Part shown: piece after piece, positions 20,205 to 29,926 of the stretch
Position numbering within the stretch: position 1 is the stretch's first letter
Layout of the letters: each line of letters begins with the position of its first letter
DNA from: Candidatus Latescibacterota bacterium
Lineage (GTDB): Bacteria; Latescibacterota; UBA2968; UBA8231
Direction: 5' to 3'
NCBI GenBank assembly: GCA_965261395.1
Contig: OZ253462.1
Span: forward strand, 6,240,001-6,304,000
DNA: 64,000 nt
Position numbers and translations under genes: made by a program
Notes under the pieces: model-generated
Seen by the model: the letters and a program-made list of their open reading frames with translations, nothing else
The model's database searches: none
What the model was told of the DNA's origin: nothing

Positions 20205-22199
20205 TCACTGGAACACAATCCCGCCTAGATAATTGTTTTGCATGCCGGTTACATAGTCGATGAGTACCCAAGTCCCGGCCACTACGGCCTCGCCTAAGAC
20301 CAGCCCTAAAAAGAAGGGTTTGAGACGATTGAAGAGCGTCAGCCCTCCGTATTTGAGCACGACGCTTTTGATGATCCAGGCGATGAAGACGCTGAACCAC
20401 ATCTTGCCGAAGACGCAACTGACCGGAAACCCCAGCGAGTGGAAGGGCCACCACAGGAACCGGTACTGGACGGCCATCAACCCGCCCATGATCGCCGCGC
20501 CAGTGCCGATGTGCATCCACGTACTCGGCCGCGGCTCGAACGGATTGAGAATGCTTTTCTCCATGAACCGATAGGGATATTGCGCGACATTATCAAAATA
20601 AAATCGCGACAAATTAATGGCCCCGTACTGGTAGCCTAGATAGAGAGTCAAGGTAACGACGCAGCCCAGCGTCAAGATGATCACCGCGACCGTGGCACCA
20701 AAGAGGCGACGGCGATGGGGCAGGCTGATCTCGGTGACGAGTTTCAGGCCGTTGGCGCAGGCGCTCATCATTAGTATCAAGGTATCCACGCTCCATGCAT
20801 AGCTCAGGGCCATGCCAGCCATGCCCTTAGTGCCCAACAAGGTGCCCCCGACATTGGCGACGACGAAGTCCGGCCCATTCGTCGGCGGAAACATCGCCGC
20901 CACCCCACCTTGCGCGACGACGCGGGCGATGGTCATAAATCCGATAAAGGCACCAAAAAGCAGCAGGGGGACAAAGAGCAGCGGAATACCGGATTGCCAG
21001 AGCCAGACGCCCATCGTCAGGAAGCTGATGATAGCTCCCCACACGGCGACTCGGTAGGACATGATTTCATCCGCGTCGGTTACGTCCGGTGCTCCGAGAA
21101 AAGCCTTGCGCAGCACGTCCCTGATGTGCCCTCTACCCACCCAAAGCGACCCCACCACCAAGACGATCATGCCGCCCATGGCTTGGTGGATGATGATCGG
21201 ATCGGTGTACTGGCTGTACGCGCCCATGGTCTCGTCCCTGCCCCCCCAAGCCAGCATCCTCAACAACCCGCGCTGCACCACATTCACGATGTGAAAAAAG
21301 ACCAAACCCAAGGCTATGTTCTGCGGGACGAAATAGGAGAAGCCCACCATCGACAGGCTTAGATACAGACTCAGCGACACCGCACCGCGGAACACCGACA
21401 AGCCATCGAGCGAGACACTGACGGTAGGAACGACCACAAAGTAGTTGTGCAAGGCGTTGATCGAGGCCAGGACAAAGGGGAGAGAAAAGCCCAGCCACAT
21501 CAACCCACTGCGGAACAGGGGTTTGATGGTCCGTCCGCGGCCGTCGTCGGCGATCATGGCTAAGGGAAGCTGGACCATGGGATAGGCCAAGCGCTCGCGC
21601 TCCACCCACTGCCTCCGCACGATCACCATCAGGCAGACCATAGCCAGAAAGAGGGCTAGGCCGAACACGGCCCAGTAGAGCATGGGGGCCGCCCAGATTG
21701 CCCACGGCACGGCCCCGGTCGGGTCGCCTTCGTAAAAGCCCCAGATGGCGTCGCGGCTTTGGGGCACCGGCCAATCGGGCATGTAGGGCTGGACGATCTC
21801 GGCCCAACCGTTTTCTGGCGTGGCGTAGTAATAGGCCCCGGTGATTACCGGCAGGAGTTGCGCGGGCAGGCCGCGGCTCGACAGGGTGTTGGCCAGCAGA
21901 ATCAGAAAGAAGGCCACGGCCAATTCGCCGCGCTGCAAGGGCAGGCGCGGATGCAGCAGCTTTAAGAGCGGGTTTAAGAGGACGACCAGCACAAAAAAGA
22001 GAAAGATCGCCGCAGGAGTCAGATTCCACACGGCCAGCCCAGAGCCTTTGACGATCATGTCGTTGTAGGTCGAGCCAAGGCCGATACAAACGGCACCGAG
22101 CAGCCCGACGATCAGCGCCTTGGGCGTGCATCCCTTGGTCGTCGGTGGCGAGCGCTTGAGCAAAGTATTCTTCCCGCGAAGAGTAAAGTTCTCCCCCAT
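20205..22199 (-). CDS. Polytopic membrane protein, DUF6785/DUF6784-like putative transporter
   Basis: Many TM segments; RRQWVERERLAYP, WWPFHSLGF and LKPFFLGLVLGE motifs. Start uncertain (22163 or 22199). Confidence 0.75.
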   Translation of the reverse strand: MGENFTLRGKNTLLKRSPPTTKGCTPKALIVGLLGAVCIGLGSTYNDMIVKGSGLAVWNLTPAAIFLFFVLVVLLNPLLKLLHPRLPLQRGELAVAFFLILLANTLSSRGLPAQLLPVITGAYYYATPENGWAEIVQPYMPDWPVPQSRDAIWGFYEGDPTGAVPWAIWAAPMLYWAVFGLALFLAMVCLMVIVRRQWVERERLAYPMVQLPLAMIADDGRGRTIKPLFRSGLMWLGFSLPFVLASINALHNYFVVVPTVSVSLDGLSVFRGAVSLSLYLSLSMVGFSYFVPQNIALGLVFFHIVNVVQRGLLRMLAWGGRDETMGAYSQYTDPIIIHQAMGGMIVLVVGSLWVGRGHIRDVLRKAFLGAPDVTDADEIMSYRVAVWGAIISFLTMGVWLWQSGIPLLFVPLLLFGAFIGFMTIARVVAQGGVAAMFPPTNGPDFVVANVGGTLLGTKGMAGMALSYAWSVDTLILMMSACANGLKLVTEISLPHRRRLFGATVAVIILTLGCVVTLTLYLGYQYGAINLSRFYFDNVAQYPYRFMEKSILNPFEPRPSTWMHIGTGAAIMGGLMAVQYRFLWWPFHSLGFPVSCVFGKMWFSVFIAWIIKSVVLKYGGLTLFNRLKPFFLGLVLGEAVVAGTWVLIDYVTGMQNNYLGGIVFQ

Positions 22200-22280
22200 C
22201 CCTGCCCGCGTTTTGCTTCTCTCTTGACAATGCCCGTAGCCGCGCACGACCTTCCGCATACACAAACAGGAGACCCTATT

Positions 22281-23537
22281 ATGGAAAAAGTACCGCTTTG
22301 CGTCGTCGGTTGCGGCGGCATGGGCCATCGCCACATCATGGCCTACAAAGTGTTGGAAGAGAGCGGCATTGGCAATGTCGAATTGATGGCCGTCTGCGAC
22401 GTGCGCCGGGAGAACGCCGAATTTGCCGCCCGCGAAGTGCAGCGGCTGTTAGGGCGCGAGCCGCTGGTCTTTACGGATATGGACTCAGTGCTCAAGCGCG
22501 ATGATATCCTAGCCGTCGATATAGTTACCGACGTCTCCATGCACCACCAAGTGGCGGTGCCGGCCCTCTTGGCTGGCAAGCATGCGCTGGTGGAAAAGCC
22601 CCTCGGCATTACCATGCGCGCCTGCCAAGCCATGATAGACGCGGCCCGCGTTGGCGGCGCGGTGCTGGCCACAGCCGAAAACTACCGCCGCGACCCGCCC
22701 AACCGCTTGGCGCGGGCCGTCGTTGAGTCCGGCCTGCTCGGGGATCCCTTTTTGATGGTACAGGCATCGGCCGGTGGCAGCGACCGCATAACCATCACGC
22801 CTTGGCGTCACCTCAAGGAGAAGGGAGCCATTGGCTTGGACATGGGCGTCCACTACGGCGACATCATCCAATATTACATGGGAGAGTACGCGCACGTCTT
22901 CGGCGGTGGCTTCATCGTCGAGCCGGTGCGGCGCAAGCCGGAAGGACTCGAGGATCACCCCCTCGAATCCTACCGCGAGCGGGTCAAGACCTACCCCGAT
23001 ACCGTAGAGGCCACGGGCGAGGATTCAGTGGTCGCGCTATACAGGATGCGATCCGGTGCGCTGGCGCAACTCGTGCTGGTGGCGGGTCGCGGCGGTCGGG
23101 GACGGGAGCGCAGCGTCCACGGCCGCTGGGGTGCGCTCTATTCCCCAGGCGACCGCAATGGCCGACCCGTGGTGCTGCGCTTGGAAGGCAAGGAGCTAAA
23201 AGGCCGCGAAATCCTCTCGCTCCTGCCGGATTTTCACCTCGACGAGATCACTGAGCGCCTCTTTGGTGCCGACGGCGTAGAATACGATCCGTCCGCAACA
23301 TCCTTCTACGAAATCGACTCCCGACACTTGGCCATCGAGTACCACGACTTTGCCCAAGCCATACTCACCGGCGGCCAACCCGAAGTGGATGGCCTAGGCG
23401 GGATGCAGGCCGTAGCGGCGATTGTGGGAGCCTATGAGTCGGCGCTCGCCGAGCGTTCGCTGTCTATGGAGGAGATTCTGAGCGGAGCCGTGCGGGCCTA
23501 TCAGCAGGACATCGACGAGGCTCTTGGGCTGGCCTAA
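22281..23537 (+). CDS. Gfo/Idh/MocA family oxidoreductase
   Basis: VVGCGGMG, HALVEKPL and LDMGVH motifs; RBS aggag. Confidence 0.9.
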   Translation: MEKVPLCVVGCGGMGHRHIMAYKVLEESGIGNVELMAVCDVRRENAEFAAREVQRLLGREPLVFTDMDSVLKRDDILAVDIVTDVSMHHQVAVPALLAGKHALVEKPLGITMRACQAMIDAARVGGAVLATAENYRRDPPNRLARAVVESGLLGDPFLMVQASAGGSDRITITPWRHLKEKGAIGLDMGVHYGDIIQYYMGEYAHVFGGGFIVEPVRRKPEGLEDHPLESYRERVKTYPDTVEATGEDSVVALYRMRSGALAQLVLVAGRGGRGRERSVHGRWGALYSPGDRNGRPVVLRLEGKELKGREILSLLPDFHLDEITERLFGADGVEYDPSATSFYEIDSRHLAIEYHDFAQAILTGGQPEVDGLGGMQAVAAIVGAYESALAERSLSMEEILSGAVRAYQQDIDEALGLA

Positions 23538-23604
23538 GAAGATCCGCAGATGAACGCAGATGAGCACCGATGTAGGGTGACGTTGTTCGGGGCGTACACG
23601 GCCT

Positions 23605-24627
23605 CTAAAGGGTCGTTATCATTACCCAAAACGGTTTACTGCCCACGTCGTAATCCGCGATGGGCTGTAGTGCGCCGCTGGTTGCATCGACCCGATAATA
23701 GGTCATGCGGTCGGCGGCTTCCCCGGCGCAGTACAGGTACGTGCCGGTTGGGTCGATGTTGAACGAGCGCGGGCTGGCCGGCACTGGGTAGTGCCCAAAC
23801 GGGCTGAGCGCGCCCTCGGCGTCGATGTGGTAGCCGACGATGCTGTCGTGGCCGCGATTGGATGCGTAACACCACTGGCCATTGGGGTGGACTTCGACGT
23901 GGGCGGTGTTCCCGCCGTCGGCGTAGTCCGCGGGCAGGGTCGAAATGTCTTGGAAGATGGAGAGGGTGCCGCGCTCGGCGTCGAAGCGGTGGGCGGTGAG
24001 TGTGTTGGCCTGCTCGTTGACAATGTACGCGACATCGCCGAGCGGGCGGAAGCAGATGTGCCGGGGGCCAGGCTCGCCCGCCGGCGGAGCCAGCACAGGT
24101 GGGTCGTTGGGCGCGAGTTGGCCGGTGCTGGCGTCGAAGCGGAACTGGCTGGTCTTGTTATTGGGGCAGACGTGGGGCACAAAGACAAAGCGCTCGTCCT
24201 CGGTCAGCAGGACGGCATGTGCCCTGGGGCCGGTGTCGATGCGCTGGACGAGGTCGCCGATGGCTCCGTCGTCGTCTAAGCGGTGTACCGTGATGCCGCC
24301 CCCTTCGTAGTAGGCCGTCAGCAGGAAGCGACCGGCGCGGTCGGTAATCAGGTGCGCGGGGATGTCGATGCCGGTATCCACCTTGTTGATCAGGGTTAAT
24401 TCCCCCGATGCGGTATCGAGGCGGAAGCTGGCGAGGGTCGTGGACAGGACGTGGGCGTCGTAGAGCACGGGGCGCGACGGGTGCAAAAAGAGCGCGCCCG
24501 AAGGGCCGTGCGCTGGGCTAGTGGCGCGCAGCTCCAGCGCGCCCGATTGGGGGTCGAGGTCGTAGAGTTTGATGGCTTCGTCGCCGGTGAGCGAGACGAA
24601 GACGACGGGTCGTTCTTGTGCGGTCAT
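23605..24627 (-). CDS. Lactonase family 7-bladed beta-propeller (6-phosphogluconolactonase-like)
   Basis: GPRH, YASNRGHDSI and SPRSFNIDP motifs; RBS aaggag. Confidence 0.9.
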   Translation of the reverse strand: MTAQERPVVFVSLTGDEAIKLYDLDPQSGALELRATSPAHGPSGALFLHPSRPVLYDAHVLSTTLASFRLDTASGELTLINKVDTGIDIPAHLITDRAGRFLLTAYYEGGGITVHRLDDDGAIGDLVQRIDTGPRAHAVLLTEDERFVFVPHVCPNNKTSQFRFDASTGQLAPNDPPVLAPPAGEPGPRHICFRPLGDVAYIVNEQANTLTAHRFDAERGTLSIFQDISTLPADYADGGNTAHVEVHPNGQWCYASNRGHDSIVGYHIDAEGALSPFGHYPVPASPRSFNIDPTGTYLYCAGEAADRMTYYRVDATSGALQPIADYDVGSKPFWVMITTL

Positions 24628-24705
24628 TGAGGTTTGCTCCTTTGAGGTTTTGCGCCGAAACATAGCCTCTTGTTCCGGGTGCGACAAGGGGTATACTACC
24701 TTACC

Positions 24706-25902
24706 ATGACCACCCCCCACCGCCAAACGACGATCATCGTGCTCTTCAGCTCGTTGACGGTCCTCGCCAGCATGGGGATCCGCCAGTCGTTTGGCCTCTT
24801 TCTACAGCCGATTAGCGACAGCTTGGGCTTGGGGCGCGAAGTGTTTAGCCTAGCCATAGCGCTACAAAACGTGGTCTTCGGCCTGCCCCTATTCGGGATG
24901 ATCGCCGACCGCTATGGGGCGCGGTGGGTCGTGCTCGGGGGCGCGCTGCTCTACGCGGCCGGGTGCCTGCTGGTGCCAGCTAGCAGCGGCCCGCTCGGCT
25001 TGTATCTGACGCTGGGACTCATCATCGGACTGGGGCTTGGCAGCACGACGTATGTGGTCGTGCTGGGGGCCGTCGCCCGAGTCGTCCATCCGGCAAATCG
25101 CAGCACGGTGTTTGGCATCGTCACCGCGGCCGGTTCGTTTGGCACCTTCGCCTTAGTACCCGGGGTGCAGTGGGCGATTGTCCACGCAGGTTGGCAGGCG
25201 TCCTTTGTGGTCAGCGCGGCCCTAATTGCCTGGGTGGTGCTTTTGGCTTTTGGCTTTCCGCGCCGGTCCAGCGAACACGCGGCCCGGCCGCACAGCGAGG
25301 GCACGCTGCTGCAAGCGCTGGTCAGGGCGCGGGGCCATTCGGGCTATTGGTTGCTCAACGCGGGGTTCTTCGTCTGCGGTTTCCACGTCGCCTTTATCGC
25401 CACGCACCTGCCTTCGTTCCTCACCGACAACGGCCTGTCGCGCATGACCGGAGCCACGGCTTTGTCGCTGATTGGTCTGTGCAACATCTTCGGTTCGTCT
25501 TTGTTCGGCTGGCTGGGCGACCGCTACCGCAAGAAATATCTGTTGAGTGCGCTCTACTTCAGCCGCGCCGTGGTCATCGGCCTGTTTCTCTTCGTCCCTC
25601 TGACCAGCTTTTCCGCCTTGCTCTTCGGTGGCCTAATCGGCTTCTTGTGGCTGGCCACCGTGCCGTTGACCAGCGGGACCGTGGCGCAGATATTCGGGGC
25701 GCGCTACCTGTCAACGCTCTACGGCATTGTCTTCTTTAGCCATCAGGCCGGCAGTTTCTTGGGCGTCTGGCTGGCTGGCCGGCTCTACGACGCGACTGGG
25801 TCGTACGATCCGGTCTGGTGGCTGGCGATTGCCCTCGGCGTGGCGGCGGCGCTGCTCCACCTGCCGATTGCCGATCGGCCGGTTGAGGACGAGGCCCACT
25901 AA
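24706..25902 (+). CDS. MFS transporter
   Basis: About 12 TM segments; ADRYGARWV, FFVCGFHVAFI and LWLATVPLT motifs. Confidence 0.9.
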   Translation: MTTPHRQTTIIVLFSSLTVLASMGIRQSFGLFLQPISDSLGLGREVFSLAIALQNVVFGLPLFGMIADRYGARWVVLGGALLYAAGCLLVPASSGPLGLYLTLGLIIGLGLGSTTYVVVLGAVARVVHPANRSTVFGIVTAAGSFGTFALVPGVQWAIVHAGWQASFVVSAALIAWVVLLAFGFPRRSSEHAARPHSEGTLLQALVRARGHSGYWLLNAGFFVCGFHVAFIATHLPSFLTDNGLSRMTGATALSLIGLCNIFGSSLFGWLGDRYRKKYLLSALYFSRAVVIGLFLFVPLTSFSALLFGGLIGFLWLATVPLTSGTVAQIFGARYLSTLYGIVFFSHQAGSFLGVWLAGRLYDATGSYDPVWWLAIALGVAAALLHLPIADRPVEDEAH

Positions 25903-25937
25903 GGTGCGTTGGGCAGCGTCAGTAGAAAATACGGGTC

Positions 25938-25966
25938 GTCGGAGCCGACCTGTGTGCCGCTCCGAC
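25938..25966. repeat. REP-like hairpin
   Basis: gtcggagc..gctccgac; similar to 27190-27216. Confidence 0.5.
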
Positions 25967-26100
25967 ATGCCAAGCACTCTATCATTTCGTTTTCGGCCCA
26001 TTTTTTGCCGTCAAACTGGGTTGCTTGTAACCTATCAGTAATGGAAACGGTAAAACCACGCTCTTTTGCCTTGCTCTTTTGCCTTAAAGGAGGATGGGCG

Positions 26101-26283
26101 ATGGGAGTGGATAGAAAATTTCCAGACCTCCATCACAAATATGCTGTGTCACACCGTTTGAAGAATCCAGGCGACGGAGCGTTAAGCCGCCAGAATGAAG
26201 AAGGTGTATACTATAGACTGGAAGACCGAATTGGCCATTTGGTAGAAGAATTTCGAGAACGATGCGCTCCAACAAAACCCTAA
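26101..26283 (+). CDS. Small hypothetical protein (60 aa)
   Basis: aaggagg RBS 7 nt upstream, preceded by a 13-bp tandem duplication gctcttttgcctt (26060-26085). Confidence 0.45.
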   Translation: MGVDRKFPDLHHKYAVSHRLKNPGDGALSRQNEEGVYYRLEDRIGHLVEEFRERCAPTKP

Positions 26284-26302
26284 CCCTTTTTTAGAGTGTG
26301 CC

Positions 26303-26923
26303 ATGTCCGCGAAAAAAGTGCCCAACCCAAAAGACGAGCTGCTTGAAATGCTGGACTCGAAGTACCGCAGCGAGCCTGAGAAGTTCCGTTCATATCTGCC
26401 TGAAGTAGCCCAAGCACTTGACAGCCTCAACCCCCCTCGTCGTCCAGGTAGGTCGCCGTTTGGCCTGACGGAGCGGGAGCGGCGACATCACCAACAGGCA
26501 TTGGCGCGAATCATGGAGGCGGAAGGCACACCATCCGCAGAGCAGGCATTCAAGGGCTTGGAACACTGCGCGACCCTGATTCAGGACGATGGCCTGCCGG
26601 AGGAATACAACTACGGAACCCTAGTGAAGCTGTTCAGAGCCGCCGTTGGCAAGTCCCCTAGCTCTTTTCGTGCACAGGAGACGATTGCTGTCGCTGCCGA
26701 CTGCTCGCCGACGGACGCTGTCGCCAAAGTCTCGCTCATAAAGGGCGTTTCCCTCGACCTCGACCGGGGAATGCGTCTCGTATCCATCACCGTCTTGCCT
26801 AGCAAAGTCCGACAGCGACGCAAGTTGCTCGCCTTCGTCGGCATAGGGCAGGACGCCAAATCCGACGTCGCCCTCCGCCACGACGAATACTTGGCCGAAC
26901 AGGATCCCCATGCCTCTTCCTGA
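26303..26923 (+). CDS. Hypothetical protein with antitoxin-like C-terminus
   Basis: C-terminal LAFVGIG..SDVALRHDEYLAE resembles antitoxins that precede PIN toxins; overlaps the PIN gene. Confidence 0.55.
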   Translation: MSAKKVPNPKDELLEMLDSKYRSEPEKFRSYLPEVAQALDSLNPPRRPGRSPFGLTERERRHHQQALARIMEAEGTPSAEQAFKGLEHCATLIQDDGLPEEYNYGTLVKLFRAAVGKSPSSFRAQETIAVAADCSPTDAVAKVSLIKGVSLDLDRGMRLVSITVLPSKVRQRRKLLAFVGIGQDAKSDVALRHDEYLAEQDPHASS

Positions 26924-27128
26924 AAAGGTTATCATAGATACGTCCGCCTTCTATGCCCTCATGTCGGCCAATGACTCCTTTCACCGGCGGGCCGCCGATA
27001 CCTACGAGCGGCTAATCGACCGGGAACAGGAGCTTTGGACTACGTCCTACGCCTTGGTGGAAACCATGGCCCTAGTTCACCGACGCCTCGGCTTCGCCGA
27101 GCGCAGCCTTCCCGTCATTCCTCGCTGA
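26910..27128 (+). pseudogene. vapC: Truncated VapC/PIN toxin
   Basis: VIIDTSAFYAL..D.FH..TTSYALVET N-terminus; only 72 aa, C-terminal acidic residues missing. Confidence 0.75.
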
Positions 27129-27189
27129 TCCGCCCTGCGATAGAATACGTCCGAGCCCCTATCGCACACGGCACCACAACGCGCAGACC

Positions 27190-27216
27190 GTCGGGGCCGA
27201 CCTGCGCGTCGGCCCT
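27190..27216. repeat. REP-like hairpin
   Basis: gggccgac-ctgcgc-gtcggccc. Confidence 0.55.
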
Positions 27217-27288
27217 AAACCGGCCCCAGCTTTCCTTTCGCCCATCGCAATTATCAACGCAAGTGAACTCAACACACAGGAGGACGTT

Positions 27289-27828
27289 ATGGCCGCTAGC
27301 TTCAAGGAAATGACTGGATTTTTCAGGGAAATTGGTGCTGCCGACGTAGGGCATACCAACAAGACCTACTTGGCCCACTGCATCGGCGTGTACGGCGATA
27401 TGAAGAAGTGGGGAGGCGACGATGTGATGTGCCATGCCGCGCTCTTTCACTCCATATACGGCACCGAGCTGTTCCAAGATTTCGCTCTACCTGTTGAGCG
27501 CCGCGACCAAGTGCGGGCACTGATCGGCGAGCGGGCCGAATACTTGGCGTACGTCAATTGCGCCATGGTGCGCGATACCTTTGACGCCGCTGTGGAGCAG
27601 CACGGTGTTCCCTACGTGCTGCAAGACCGCTTGACCGGCAATCCCATCGAGATGACCGAGCAGGACTTCAACGACCTAGTAACGATTCACCTGTGTGACT
27701 GGCTGGAGCAGGTGGCGCGGTGGGGCCAATGGGACTATCGCCGCGAGGCATTCGAGAGCATGGCGCAGCGCTTGGGTGGCATCGCCGAGGAGCGGTTCGC
27801 CGAGGTTTTTGCTGGCCGCCTCAAATAG
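27289..27828 (+). CDS. DUF6817-like (HD-like) protein
   Basis: GH..KTYLAH, AALFHSIYGTE, VRALIGERAE and DWLEQ motifs; RBS aggagg. Confidence 0.75.
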   Translation: MAASFKEMTGFFREIGAADVGHTNKTYLAHCIGVYGDMKKWGGDDVMCHAALFHSIYGTELFQDFALPVERRDQVRALIGERAEYLAYVNCAMVRDTFDAAVEQHGVPYVLQDRLTGNPIEMTEQDFNDLVTIHLCDWLEQVARWGQWDYRREAFESMAQRLGGIAEERFAEVFAGRLK

Positions 27829-27839
27829 ACAGTGGTTAG

Positions 27840-27990
27840 GGGACTTTGATCTGTCCGGCCATAAAACCCAACCGACGAGACGCCGCCGTTTGGTCAGCTC
27901 GCTTGCGGACGAGGGTTTTGAGGTAGCCCCGGACCAATGCCGACACGGATGTGCCCAACTCCGCCGCCCGAATGCGGGCGAGCCGATGGG
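27840..27990 (-). pseudogene. Internal fragment of the antitoxin gene at 33771-34016
   Basis: Near-identical to about 33832-33982. Confidence 0.75.
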
Positions 27991-27996
27991 TCTCTC

Positions 27997-29550
27997 TCAC
28001 CCCCGCTCCACGTCAAACGTCGCGACATTGCGCTCATCCTTGCTGAACTCCACGCCAATCAGGTGAATCGGCTGCTCCAAGGCTCGGTAATTGTCCGCGT
28101 AGCGCCGCTCCTGCAACTGCGCCAATGCCGCACCCGCTGCCGACAACTCGACCACCTTAAACTCAAACAGATAGACATGGCCGTTGAATAGAACCGCCAT
28201 GTCCAAACGACCGTGGCTGCTGCTGTCCTCCACGGTGATGTCCAATCCCAGCGCGGCGAAATAGGAGTAGAACACGCTGGCGTAGTACCCCTCGTAGCCG
28301 GCGATGTCGTTGTTAGTGTACCACTCGTAGGGAATGCTGGCGAAAAAGGCGTGGAACAGCGTCTCTAGTCCGGCGAAGTCGTTGGCTTCCAACAGCCGGT
28401 AGAGCTGGATGCTGTTGGCCATCTGCCGCGTCGAGTCCTGCACCAAGTAGCGCAGCAGGCTGCGGTTCAGGCTCTGCCGTACCTCCCGGTTGGGATAGTC
28501 CAAGCGATAAAGCATCTCGCCGCCCAGTTCCTCGGCGTCGGTTATCGTGAGGTAGCCGGTCTGGAACAGTAGCGCCTCGGTGGCGATATGATCGACGTCA
28601 AAGGTCGAGAGCAACTCGTCGCTGCCGACCATTTCACCAAGTTCTAGGGAACTGACGTGGCGTTTGCTCAGCGTTTCGACTAAAAACGTCGGCGTACCGG
28701 TCTCAAACCAATGAGCTTTGAATTCGCGGTTGCGAAACAGCAGCAGGATGTCGAATGGGTTGTACACCTTCTCGTCGCCGAGCCAACGATAGCCGTTGTA
28801 CCAGTCGCGGATTTGGTCTCGGTCGAGGCCGGGCAGTTCCGGTGCGAACACGGCGTCCAAATCGGCGTCTGAGTAGCCGCAGATCGCTGAATACTCCGGT
28901 TCAAGGGTAATGTCCGTGAGATTGTTGAGGCCAGAAAACAGGCTGACCTTGGAGAATTTGCTCACCCCGGTGATGAACGTGAAGCGGACGTGCGCGTCGC
29001 TGTCCTTGATGACCGCGTACAGGCCGCGCAAAAAGTCGCGGTTGGCGCGAGCTATATCCGGCACCTCCAGCGCATCTAAAATCGGCTTGTCGTATTCGTC
29101 GATCAGCACGGCCACCGGCTGCTCGGTTTGGCTGTGCAGTGCCTCCAACAGGTGCGCGAATCGCTCCGGTCCGGTGGGGTAGTCCGATGCCACACCCGTG
29201 CGACGTTCAACCGCGTCCAATTGCGCCATCAGATTTGTCTCCACGTAGCCGGGCACCTTGAAGTTGCCGCTGCCAAAGCTGAGCCGCAGGACCGGATGGC
29301 GCACCGACCAATCCCAACGGTCGTGGATGGACAGCCCCGCAAACAGCGGCTCGTTGCCCTCGAACACCTCCTTGAGCGTGTCCAAGAATAGGCTCTTGCC
29401 GAAGCGCCGGGGATGCGACAGGAAGTAGTGCTTGCCCTCGTTGAGCAGCCGACGAATGTAGGCGGTCTTGTCAACGTAGTAGCACTCGCGCTCGCGAATC
29501 TCGCGGAAGGTCTGAATGCCGATGGGGAGCAAGCGTTTGTTCATGGCCAT
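27997..29550 (-). CDS. AAA-ATPase-like protein with C-terminal PD-(D/E)XK nuclease domain
   Basis: LPIGIQTF, YYVDKT, PRRFGKSL, LIDEYDKP, YPNREV and GRLD..FEFK motifs. Confidence 0.9.
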   Translation of the reverse strand: MAMNKRLLPIGIQTFREIRERECYYVDKTAYIRRLLNEGKHYFLSHPRRFGKSLFLDTLKEVFEGNEPLFAGLSIHDRWDWSVRHPVLRLSFGSGNFKVPGYVETNLMAQLDAVERRTGVASDYPTGPERFAHLLEALHSQTEQPVAVLIDEYDKPILDALEVPDIARANRDFLRGLYAVIKDSDAHVRFTFITGVSKFSKVSLFSGLNNLTDITLEPEYSAICGYSDADLDAVFAPELPGLDRDQIRDWYNGYRWLGDEKVYNPFDILLLFRNREFKAHWFETGTPTFLVETLSKRHVSSLELGEMVGSDELLSTFDVDHIATEALLFQTGYLTITDAEELGGEMLYRLDYPNREVRQSLNRSLLRYLVQDSTRQMANSIQLYRLLEANDFAGLETLFHAFFASIPYEWYTNNDIAGYEGYYASVFYSYFAALGLDITVEDSSSHGRLDMAVLFNGHVYLFEFKVVELSAAGAALAQLQERRYADNYRALEQPIHLIGVEFSKDERNVATFDVERG

Positions 29551-29569
29551 TTCTCCTTGGGTCGGTCCC

Positions 29570-29669
29570 TCAGACCGCTTGGATGGGGCCGGGATGGCAG
29601 GAGACGGTAATGTTTTTCACGTTCATCGCCTTGCAGATGCTGTGTTTTACAGTGTATGGATAGGGCGAT
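29570..29669 (-). pseudogene. Fused remnant of vapC 3' end and antitoxin 5' end/promoter
   Basis: Matches 33673-33704 joined to about 34000-34065. Confidence 0.7.
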
Positions 29670-29926
29670 TGGTGTGCAACGGCACCACATCTGACCAGCC
29701 GCCATACATACATCTACTTGACGAGTAATCACATCGGCGATCTTCCCTAGCAAGACGCCGAGCGGTTCGCCGAGGTGTTCGCGGGCCGTCTTAAATAGGT
29801 ACAGTGGTCAGTAGTTAGTAGAGTAGAGCTAGGTCGCGGGGCACAGCCCACTGGACTGGCCAGACGCTCAATCAAATTGATTGGGCATTGAGGTCGTAGA
29901 GTTTGATGGCTTCGTCGCTGGTCCTA

